Below, piece by piece: positions 10,211-19,613 of a stretch of DNA of 20,935 bases. Positions within the stretch are counted from its first letter, which is position 1. Each line of letters opens with the position of its first letter. The notes below the pieces were generated by a model. It was not told the origin of the DNA and ran no database searches. It saw nothing but the letters and a program-made list of their open reading frames with translations. The stretch is from the NCBI GenBank assembly GCA_043228905.1, contig JBHGNT010000553.1, positions 1 through 20,935 on the forward strand. The letters run 5' to 3'. This DNA is from Azolla caroliniana. Its lineage: Eukaryota > Plantae > Polypodiophyta. A program made the translations under genes and the position numbers.

Positions 10211-10384
10211 GACACACAGTAGACAAAATAGAAGATTGTGTTCACAAGAAAAATGATAACTAACAACTACAAATGAGAGGAGAAGGTGCTTATATGGTCA
10301 CTTTCTCACTACACTCTCTTACTACACCTACCTCTTGGAAAAGTGGGGAAGTTAAGTCTTATGACACATTAGTTATGTTACATA

Positions 10385-11077
10385 CATAGATTGACATATT
10401 CGCATTCGTTGGGTTTCCCATTCGAATGCAAACGAATACGAATATGAATGGGTGGTCAAGTATTCGTTTAACTCAAAAAAAAATAAAAAAATCTCTGTCT
10501 TTTTTAATTTCCTAGGATAAAAAAAAGGAATTTGACAATAAATAGGGATAATAAAAGAGGGACTTGGGGAATTGACACTACTAAATTTTTATAATAAATG
10601 CATAACTTATAACTTATAAGTATGTATTCGTTTTATTTTTAATAAATAAAATAAAGGCTCATTAATTTCTCACTTTTTATTCCCTCAAAATTTATGGATA
10701 TTTTTATTTTGACATTAAAAATAGTACTTCACACTAATCATATCTTCAAAGTTCATACTAATCATATTTGTAAGTATAACTAAAATTTTATAATAAATGT
10801 ATAACTTATAAGTTATAAGTATTTGTTTTTTTTAAAAAATAAAAAAAATTGATTAATTAAAATAAGTTTCATAATCTCTCTTGACGCTATAATCTATTAA
10901 TGAATAATTGTTCTTTTTTTGGTGAAATAAATTTATTTAAATAAATAAATAAATATTTTATATATATTTTGCAAAACGAATGGGTTTTTAATATTCTTGG
11001 GGCCATTTTGTATTCTCGAATATTAAGAATATTGCGCATGGAGAATATCACGAATATCACGCGTGTGTCAATCTATG
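10385..11077. mobile_element. hAT-type MITE (693 bp, non-autonomous DNA transposon)
   Basis: 12-bp perfect TIR CATAGATTGACA / TGTCAATCTATG; perfect 8-bp TSD GTTACATA (10377-10384, 11078-11085); subterminal TATTC(G)/(C)GAATA repeats; AT-rich non-coding core. Confidence 0.93.
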
Positions 11078-12606
11078 GTTACATAGTGGTGGGGGTGTGT
11101 CCACACACTTGTAGTCTTAGGATGTGCTCACGCCATAGGGAAGTTGAGTTTGATTCTCAACATTATATAATTATATTCTTATCCTGATACTTATGGCTTA
11201 GGTCTATTGCCATACATGGGAACTAGGGTGAATTGGATAACTGTCATTCATCGCATGTAACACATGTGCGCCAAATGGCGATCATGCATGTCATGCCCCG
11301 TTACATACATTGTATACATGCCAGCGCCTATATAAAGAGAGGGAAGGGATGCCTAAGGGGAGACTGCATTGAAATCAAGAGAGTGTGAAGGAACAACATC
11401 AACAACAAGCAATAATGTCACGGAAATTACTGGGGTCACGGGGGAGTCAGATGGTGAAGGTGTTCTGCTTTATGGGCCCATCTATTTTTGTCCCTCAGCG
11501 GCTTCCGAGCATCATCTTCCGATTTGGCAGGTTTCAACTTCGTCGGCTTACAAATTGCCGACGATATTAGGGTTTCCGACCGCTAACCCTTAGATCAACA
11601 TGATAGTCAACTCACGAATAAGGACTAAGCATGAGATTAAGACTACAATTTTTAGCAAAATAGAATGTACAAGATTTATGATACAAAAAATGGGTTTTAT
11701 ACAACGACTCCGTTTGACGCCACGAATCCGGTGGTTTTTACAAATTAAATCACTAATTACAACAAAGATGCAAAACGAAGACCAACGAAGGCGAGTCAAG
11801 TGGGCTGCTAGAACTGTGACTTGCACTGTTGGTCACGTCTCGAAGACGGTTAAGTGTTCCCATGCCACTTCGCCCTCCCTTCAATGACCGACTATCATGT
11901 TAAATGCTCTACGTCTAAGATAGGATGCCAAACCTTCGAGAACCACCATCGGAATGCCGATGAAACCGCCATTGAAGAAACTATCCAACTTTTTCTCGAC
12001 GTTGATGCACCACATCACGACAACTACGCTGTTGATCGTTGAATCACCAAACTCGGGAATTTCTTTCTCCGATATTCATACTAACTCTTCACTTATGAAT
12101 CATTTTCACAAGATTTTACTTTCTCTTCCATTTTAATTATTACCTTTGTAAACCAATCCTTTGTAATTTTTCCCACGGTGATAAACCAGTAGCCGAAATT
12201 TGTAAACTCTAATTTTCTAAAGGGATCTCTCATTGTTTTCCTCGTTAATTGTCCTAATCTCTTGTTAATCCCTTAAAGTAGTGTTAATCTTCACACATGT
12301 TATCACACTAATCATGCTGAAACCCTAGGTTTCTTGACAAGTGGAATGCCTATTGTCTGAAAGGTTAATGAGCGCAAAAGGACAACAAGTGAATGCTTGT
12401 TGAGTGTAAGAAAGCACGATGAGTGCTAACAATTGACAAGAGTGTGAACACTCGGCGAGTGAAAGCTTGAGGAGTATGAGCACTTGACGAGGAGCTTCTT
12501 CAGTAAGGTGCATCTCTGGTCTTCTCCTTCACTCCGACTCCCTGGTCTAAGACCCCCGTGGTCCTGCTCAAGTAGCAAATGCATGCGCAAAACTTCACGA
12601 CATCTT

Positions 12607-12620
12607 TGGTAAACCCGACG
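12607..12620 (+). promoter_or_regulatory. Primer binding site, tRNA-Trp (G2)
   Basis: TGGTAAACCCGACG, 13/14 to TGGTGAACCCGACG (complement of plant tRNA-Trp 3' end as recalled). Confidence 0.8.
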
Positions 12621-12640
12621 CAAAAGAGTGGCAGGGGAGA

Positions 12641-13168
12641 ATGGATGGAACCTCAAAAGCCAGAGACTCTAGTGATAATCTAGCCCAAGCAATGACTAGG
12701 ATGATAGACTAGATTCTTCAAGAGAGAGACAACGTCACAAGCCTTGACAAGGCCATTGAAAGGATCGTGGATGCCATTGGTTGCTTCAATGGGAAGGAAG
12801 TGACCCAATATCTTAAAATCTACAAGACTGAAATGTGTAAAAAAGGAATTTCCTAGGCGAGGCTAGTGACAAGCTCTTCAAGGGTTGCTACTTCAAGCCT
12901 TTACTCTCAAGTTTTGGAGATACAAGTTGCAAGCCAAGACTGGAGAACTTTTGAACAAGCCTTACTTCAGGAATATGGATTTTATGACTCATCCTGGATG
13001 ATGAAGAAGGATTTAATGGATTGGGTGGAGTCTTCCAACAAAAAGTTGAGTACAAATGGGACTTTCCATGAATTTGAATAAAGATTTGCACGACTATTTG
13101 TACTCAACCAAATAATGTTGGACTCTAGCAAAGTGCTCTTATTTTTAAAGGCAAAAGATGTCGAGAAT
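12641..13168 (+). pseudogene. gag: G2 gag N-terminal part
   Basis: MDGTSK...IGCFNGKEVTQYLKIYKTEM...DWRTFEQALLQEY...LMDWVES...HEFE*RFARL...KVLLFLKA in one frame with three stops; aligns by eye to the G3 ORF at 18933. Confidence 0.75.
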
Positions 13169-14202
13169 TGATCCGGCCACAACGGGTTAGTACGTATATG
13201 TATGCGGGTGCAAAGATTGAGAATAATAAGAAAATAGACAAGACAAAGGACACAAGTATAGAGATACATGATTTTAACGTGGAAAGCCCGAAAGGTAAAA
13301 ATCACGAGAGTCAACAAACTCCAAACAAAATGACTAAGGTAGGAGGAGTACAACGAGAAGGTTCAAGGCAATGACCTTGGGCTATCCTTTGTCTGATAGA
13401 CAGTGGCAGAGTAACAACTCTCTCTCTCTCTCTCTCTCTTAGTTATAATGGCAACAACCAACTATCTCTTGTACAACAATAATGATCAACCATATTCACC
13501 TAACTACTTGCCCTATCTATATTTGTACTCATATACACTTGTCGAGTTGCCTATTAACTCCATCCGATTCGACTTGTGCTCTTCCCATCCGAAAGGACCG
13601 TTTTTCCCAACAACTCCCCCTTCAATCCGACATGGGTTGCTTTGTCAATCGAACCCTTTGCCGGCACACATTCAACTTTTCTGTCGATAGCCTCTTTGTT
13701 AGCATATCGGATTCATTGTCGTTCGTATGGATCTTCATCAGAGCAAAGTTCTTGTCTCTTACCCTTTCACGAAGCCAGTGGTATCTCCTCTGGATGTGCT
13801 TGGTCCTCGAGTGGTAGGCGGCATTCTTCGCAAGGTTGATGGTACTTTGGTTGTTGCAGTAGAGTCTGAATTCTTCTCTGATAAACGCCTTTATCCATAT
13901 AACTTCCTTGCTAGCTTTGACGGCAACCATGTATTCGGCTTTTGTGGTTGACAGAGTCACAACCTTCTACAGCCTTGACTACTAGGAAACGGCTCCCCCT
14001 GCAAATGTTGTCACATATCCGGACGTGGACTGGCTAGTATCCTCATCAGTCGACATGTCCGAATCAGTGAATCCTTCTAATGTGGGGTTACCCGAACCGA
14101 ATTGGAGGCACACAGTCGAGGTGCGTCTCAAGTACCGAAATATCCATTTTATCGCGGCTGAAAGCTCTTTTCCAAGGTTGCTCATGAACCGGTTGACTAC
14201 TC
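13169..14202 (-). mobile_element. Copia B (Tork-like, relative of copia A), 3' part: 3' LTR 13169-13612, PPT 13613-13622, RH
   Basis: LTR ends TGATCCGGCCACAAC...CCCAACA share terminal motifs with the copia A LTR; PPT AAGGGGGAGT; RH closely matches copia A. Confidence 0.88.
13622..14202 (-). pseudogene. pol: Copia B RT end / RNase H
   Basis: KWIFRYLR...GFTDSDMS...STSGYV...AEYMVA...LAKNAAYHSRTKHIQRRYHW...SDMLTK; stops and a 6-codon deletion relative to copia A. Confidence 0.92.
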
Positions 14203-14623
14203 TAAAAAGAGTTAGGTGCGGAAGTGTAGACACAACTGGCTCAGACAGATAGCAATATACAATATGTAGGTTTAATGGAAAGCTTCAAATGCACAGAGAG
14301 TATGCGGGAGAGACAGAGAGAGAGTAGAACATAAACTTATTTCAAAAAATAATAAACACTTTGTACATCGAATGTGCTTAGAGAGCACTTTTATACAAGT
14401 CCTTAAAGGGATTGACACAAGTACCATCAGTACTTGAATGCTCATAAATGAGCCCTTACACTAACTCCCAAATAATATTCCTTCACGAAATATCTTTCAA
14501 ACAGCCTTTCGGCTCCGACCGATTCGGCTTCCCCGATCGATGTCCATCTGATTCGGCTCCCGACTTCTTTAGCCGATCCAGGCCTAACCGATTGGTCCAA
14601 TCCGATCCGATTCATGGCTTCTT

Positions 14624-15216
14624 TGTTAGGATTTCGGTCCCTCCGGATGGGATGATGAAGGCCCGGTGAGAGCCAGATGATGTTTACCCGGCAAGGAAAA
14701 CCCGGTGAGAACCGGATGATGCAGGCCCAGTGAGAACCTCTCACCGGATGAAGTGACATATATGTAAATATGTTTTCTGAGAGTCCATTGGGGCTATATT
14801 TGTAAATAGTCCTAATGTCATATTAGTATAAATATGACCTAGGGCAAACACTTTTAGACGATGGTGCATTGAGGCCATGGTTGTATAGAGCGTAACAGAG
14901 AGAGAGTGCGAGAGAGAGAGAGAGAGAGAGTGATTCTCTGTGGTAACCGCTGCCAGGCGAAGAGAGTGAGCACGAGGTCGTTGCCTCTGTGCCCTCCTTT
15001 TGTATTCTTTTGACATAGTGATAGCTTGGAGTCTTTGGGCTCCTGTGAGCTTTCCCTCTTAGGGTTTTCCGCGTTAACATCTTGTGTACTCTCTTGTTTA
15101 CAGTGTTTTGTGTATACATGTATCTATCTCCACATTCCCATTTCCGTGTTTGTAATTCTCAATGAAGTGATTGAAGACTCGGTTGTGGTTGAGCATTATT
15201 CCGCATATTCTTTACA
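14624..15216 (+). mobile_element. Solo LTR (593 bp) of a copia A-related family
   Basis: TGTTAGG...TTTACA flanked by 5-bp TSD TTCTT (14619-14623, 15217-15221); blocks similar to the reverse complement of the copia A LTR (ggtccctccggatggga; gtaaatatgttttctga; gtcatattagtataaatatgac; ctcggttgtgg). Confidence 0.92.
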
Positions 15217-15688
15217 TTCTTCAGACGATCCAGCTCAAGTTAAGCTTGCTCACTCAACAGTCCCCTTCAAGCTCAACTTGAGGTTCTCCTTGAGTCAGCA
15301 TCCGACTATTCCTAGTGTCTCCACGCTTTGCTTGCGCTCCTCGTCCAATTCTGTTCTGTGTTCCTTGATCCCTCTAGTCCTTTGCTTTTCGACCCCTCCG
15401 ATTCCGTGCATCTCGACCCTTTCAGTCGACTTTTCTGCTCGTAAGTCCCTTGTCAACTACCTTGCTATCGTAGTACTGGCGGCCCCCGACCCATCGACTT
15501 CTTCATCTCGGCGTCGATTTCGGCTGCCTTCTCATCTGCCCGACCTTCATGTATTCGGTTCGTCTGAATCAAACCATTCAACCAAATCGGTTGTCTATGA
15601 TATGTCGTATGTCGTTAGGCCCTTGACCACATCCGACCATGTCTTGGTGTTGTCCTCTTTGCCCTTCTTGATTTTACCTCACCCTTGT

Positions 15689-17408
15689 TCAGTTGGCTTC
15701 GGCGCGTCCCTTGTATCTGTCTTCGGCTTCTGCCAATCCAAAGTCGAACTCTTCATCCACCTCGGCTTCCCGTCTTTTCCTCCCCTTTCTCCCCCTCAAG
15801 TTCAGCACGTTGAGGTGATGCAAACCAAGCGCACTCGAAAATTTCCGCAACTTGTCTAGGCCAAGGGGTTTAGTGAACATATCGGCAATTTCCTGATCTT
15901 TCAAAACATACACCATTTTGACTTCACCGGAGAGTACTCGATCGCGGACAGAATGATAGTGCACGTGAATGTGCTTGGTCTGGGCTTGAAAGATGGGGTT
16001 CTTTACCAGTTGGATGTTGTTGAGTTTGTCACAATAGATCATTGTCGGATCAGACACCTCTATTTGCAGATCCTTCAGTAGCCTCTTGAGCCATATGGCT
16101 TTGTACGTCGCGACAACCGCTCCTTGATACTCGGCCTTCGTGCTCAACAATGCAATTGTCGGCTGCTTCTTGTTGCTCCATACGATCATGGTGCTTCCAA
16201 GTGAAAACACAAAGCCCGATATAGACCTACGATCGGTGGCGTTTCCGGCCCAATTGGCATTTGTGTAGCCAACCAATTATTTGGCAGTACTGGTTCGATA
16301 CAACAATTCTTTGTCCTTAATGCCACTGACATACCTGAGTATTCGTTATGTGCACTGAAGATGCTTGACGGTCAAATGTGCCATGAATTGAATAATCAAG
16401 CCGACCGGATAGCTGAGGTCCATCCTGGTGATGGTCAAGTATATAAGGCTTCTAACTATTTGTTGAAACCTTTTCGAGTCGCATGTCGTTCCGGAGTAGG
16501 GGCAAAGCTTCACATTCCTATCAAGAGGAGTTGAGACAGACTTTCACTCCTCCATACCGAACTTGAAGAGCATACACAGCACATAATGTCGTTGGCTGAT
16601 TAGTATGCCTTCGGGAGTGCAAATCACTTCGATCCCAAGGAAGTAATGAAGGTCCCCCAGGTTCTTTATGTCGAATGATGGCGCTAGTTGGGCCTTCACA
16701 TGGCCTTCACTCCTTCATACCGAACATGAAGAGCATACTCAACACATAATGTCGTTGGCTGATTAGTATGCCTTCGGGAGTGCAAATCACTTCGATCCCG
16801 AGGAAGTAATGAAGGTCCCCTAGGTTCTTTATGTCGAATGATGGCGCTAGTTGGGCCTTCACATGGCCGATTTCCTCTAGGTTGGTGCCGACAATGACTA
16901 AATCATCAACATAAAGTAAAATAATTATCGGCCCATTTTGACTTTGCCGGAGAGAAAACTGAAGAGTCCGAGCTCAACGTGGCAAACCCCATCTGACGCG
17001 GACACTGCATGATCTTCACGTTCCAGGCATGCGGGGCTTGCTTAAGTCCATAGAGGGAATTCTTCAGTAGGCAAACAACAAACGTGTTCCTCAAGCTCAC
17101 CTTGTAGGAATGCATTCTTTACATCCATTTGATGTAATGGCCACCCCTTTGCCGCGGTTACCACTAGCAAACACAGACGTCTCATCGTAGTCGATGCCGG
17201 GTTGTTGTGCATAGCCCTTTGCCACCAGTCGGGCCTTGTACCTGTTGACGAAACCATCGGTGTTGTACTTGACCTTGTACACCCACCTGCATCTGATCGG
17301 CCTCACACCCTTCAGTGCGTCAACCAGGTCCCATGTTTCATTCTTCTCAAATGCATGCATCTCTTCCTCCATTGCGGTGTGCCAATGTGCATCCTTTGCC
17401 ATTTCCGT
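15689..17408 (-). pseudogene. pol: Copia C RT-RNase H, decayed
   Basis: WHTAMEEEM...CRWVYKVK...RYKARLVAKGYAQQPGIDYDET; LHQMDVKNAFLQG; SLYGLKQAPHAW; LLYVDDL (about 16900-16920); GYTNANWAG...WSNKKQPT...ADMFTKPLG; several deletions and frameshifts. Confidence 0.93.
16543..16868. repeat. 163-bp tandem duplication inside copia C RT
   Basis: 16543-16705 and 16706-16868 align without gaps, about 6 mismatches. Confidence 0.95.
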
Positions 17409-17780
17409 TGTCATGTGGTTTTTCACACACGATATGAAAACTATGTAAAAACAATAATGAAATAATTATTTGAGATTATATTAGTGGCTTGATATGGAAA
17501 GATGGATGTACTCAAGAGTTTCAAAACGCATTTTACTACATATAAAATGGACAATTACATATCAAGTTATGTGGACATGAAGTTTGAGAAGATAAGGAAA
17601 ATAGAATTTTGAAATATCTCACATAGATAGGAAACTTTAGGAGCCAGCTATATAAGCAGATTGAAAACCATCAGTTTTCATCTATGTGTTAAGAGCACAA
17701 AAGAAATAGTTGGGCTTGGGCTACTTTTGTCTAAAAGGACAGATGTGGCTAAGTCGCCGGATGTGGCTAAGTTGCTCAAA

Positions 17781-18180
17781 CCGGCCGGTGATGGAACTCA
17801 AACCGGTCGGTGATAGTACCGAAAATCGGATGGAGTCAGCAACTAGAATTTGGATTGAGCTGGCAATTGTATAGAACCGGCAACAAAGCCGACAACCGGG
17901 AACCGGGTGGATATGGCAACCGGAAATCGGATGGATCCAGCGACCGGACAAATCCGGCAACTGGCGAATGGACGGAGCCGGCAATCGGAAATCGGACGGA
18001 GCTGGCAACCGGATGGAACCGGCGATTGAACCGAAACCGAACGACGGCAACCGGAAACCGGATGGAGCCGGCGACTAGACGAATCCGGCAACTGGCGATT
18101 GGACGAAGCCAGCAACCGAAAATCGGACAGAGCCGGCAACCGGATGGAACCGGCGATGGAACCGGAACCGGACTAGACGG
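17781..18180. repeat. CCGG-rich degenerate minisatellite in the G3 LTR, with a 131-bp higher-order duplication
   Basis: About 21 CCGG plus one-step variants; 17915-18045 is repeated at 18046-18176. Confidence 0.88.
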
Positions 18181-18497
18181 ATGAGGCCGAACGCGGACTG
18201 CACGGATCAAAGCATGGGCCAAACTTTACGGATTATAGGATCATGCGACTGAACTAAAGTAAAGTAAATTAAATTAAAGGTCATGTGGAAAGAATGCAAC
18301 TAAAGGTGGAGGTCATGCATAAAGGTCATGTGGAAGGCATGCAACTAAAGGTAAAAGCCATGTAACTAAATGTGGGGAGGCAAAGGAACATGAAAGGAGG
18401 GATCAACAAAGAAACCTAGATAAATTCCATTTTTTTTCCAACACTCATTCTCTCTCTATTTTTATTTTCTTTTCCTTCTTAGCTCTCTTATCTTATC

Positions 18498-18681
18498 GAA
18501 GCCATAACACTCAAAAACCCTAATTTTCCCTACAAAAGCCATAACACTCAAAAAACCTAATTTTCCCTACGGAAGAGATATCTCTCGTATAACCTAATTC
18601 TAATTTTCCCTATGGAAGCCATAACACGCAAAAACCCTAATTTTCCCAACGGAAGCCATATCTCTCAAACCCGTAATTTTT
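18498..18681 (+). repeat. About five copies of a ~37-bp unit containing a telo-box-like AAACCCTAA
   Basis: gaagccataacactcaaaaaccctaattttccctac and variants at about 18498, 18535, 18572, 18615, 18652. Confidence 0.88.
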
Positions 18682-18891
18682 CTTTTATATTAATCTTAGT
18701 AAACCTAAAACTTCTAAATCCCAATCTTGGAACATATTGTAATTTCTTTTCCTTTGTTAATGAAAATGATTTAATTTCTTATTTCTGTTAATTGTTAAAA
18801 ATATAAACGCACAAATGTGATATCCTCTAGTCGAAGGCCCCGAGGTCCTGCCTCAAGTTCACGTATCCTCTTCGTATTTTCGTGACATCTT

Positions 18892-18909
18892 TGGTGAACC
18901 TGACGTGAA
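18892..18909 (+). promoter_or_regulatory. Primer binding site, tRNA-Trp (G3)
   Basis: TGGTGAACCTGACGTGAA, 17/18 to TGGTGAACCCGACGTGAA; 4 nt (TCTT) after the LTR end. Confidence 0.88.
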
Positions 18910-18932
18910 ATGAGGCGGTAGGAGGATATCTC

Positions 18933-19613
18933 ATGGAGACATATAGATACAAAGAGCCGAAGAGATGCAGCCTATACGAGTTTGACCAATGGGTATCATC
19001 ATTAAAGACCCACCAAAGTGTCGTGCATGCTTTCGTTGAGTTCGAGTGTCGCTTTGCACAACTCTCGGAGCGGGATCAAAGATTGGTGGGGGTGGATAAA
19101 GTCCTAATGTTCATAAAATCAATAGATCTAAAGGAAAGGAAAGCCATTGGAATCCGACTTGAGGATGACGATGGTGCAAATGGCCTCACCGAGGATTGGA
19201 CGAAAGTGGAAAGAGTATGTCAACTACACGATAAGAGGAAGACAAGATTCTCATCGACAACAACACAACCCAAGACGAATGGTGAAAGGAGGACAAGAAG
19301 CCACAACAAACTACGACGTAAAGAAGAGAGCTTGAAGAGGGAAGGTTCGATGTTACTCGACATAGAGGCCTTCATAAACGAGGCATATGAGAAATTAAAG
19401 CTTCAAGTTGAGGCCAAAGAGAATCATATAATGGAGCCAAAACCGATTAAAATGGTTATCAAGGAAGAAGAGACCTCCCAACAAAGGTGGAGTCATGATA
19501 TGACCAATACGAAGGCCCAAGTTCGGTACGACAACACCACGGGAGAAGATGTGGAACAAGACACCTTCTCGTCTTGCAAAGAAACAATGATGAAGAATGA
19601 AACAAATGAATAG
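18933..19613 (+). pseudogene. gag: N-terminally truncated gag (226 aa open), followed by a decayed E/D/K-rich tail towards about 20600
   Basis: FDQWVSS...VEFECRFAQL...DKVLMFIKSID aligns with G2 gag LMDWVES...HEFE*RFARL...SKVLLFLKAKD; starts 23 nt after the PBS. Confidence 0.72.

Larger units (their letters stand above)
10165..11162 (-). repeat. Copia-like LTR remnant E (U3-R part), split by the MITE
   Basis: Minus strand begins TGTTGAG at 11162, has CATATAAG near 10290 followed by a CT-rich tract; no partner in window. Confidence 0.5.
11416..13168 (+). mobile_element. Gypsy-like element G2, 5' part (LTR 11416-12602, PBS, gag), interrupted by copia B
   Basis: TGTCACG...CACGACA LTR ends, TCTT spacer, tRNA-Trp PBS, decayed gag. 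Left boundary is inferred from the terminal motif only. Confidence 0.72.
14203..17408 (-). mobile_element. Copia C, 3' part: 3' LTR 14203-15259 (about 459 bp without the solo LTR), PPT, 3' region, RH and RT; interrupted at 17409 by G3
   Basis: Minus strand AGCTTGAAGGGGAC then TGTTGAG at 15259; LTR far end ...TTCCGCACCTAACTCTTTTTA (CA to TA) at the point where copia B homology stops; pol motifs upstream. Confidence 0.8.
17409..18887 (+). repeat. G3 5' LTR (1479 bp)
   Basis: TGTCATG...CGTGACA; first 269 bp repeated at 20667-20935 with about 13 substitutions. Confidence 0.92.

Noticed and set aside
15026-15859. 277-aa plus-strand ORF
   Set aside because: Crosses the solo LTR, copia C LTR and antisense RH boundaries; S/L/P-rich mirror of a purine-rich strand.
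17721-18222. Overlapping ORFs on both strands here and at 1919-2395 and 6642-6988
   Set aside because: Open only because GC-rich LTR repeats lack stop codons.
18498-18681. CRISPR-like array
   Set aside because: Head-to-tail degenerate units without unique spacers, no cas genes, inside a eukaryotic LTR.
17409-18887. Retrozyme (hammerhead ribozyme) in the LTRs of the non-autonomous elements
   Set aside because: No CUGAnGA...GAAA core with flanking helices found by eye in G1, G2 or G3 LTRs; an Infernal scan would be definitive.
18892-18909. tRNA genes at the tRNA-complementary motifs
   Set aside because: Only 12-18 nt 3'-end complements next to LTRs; no cloverleaf or A/B boxes.
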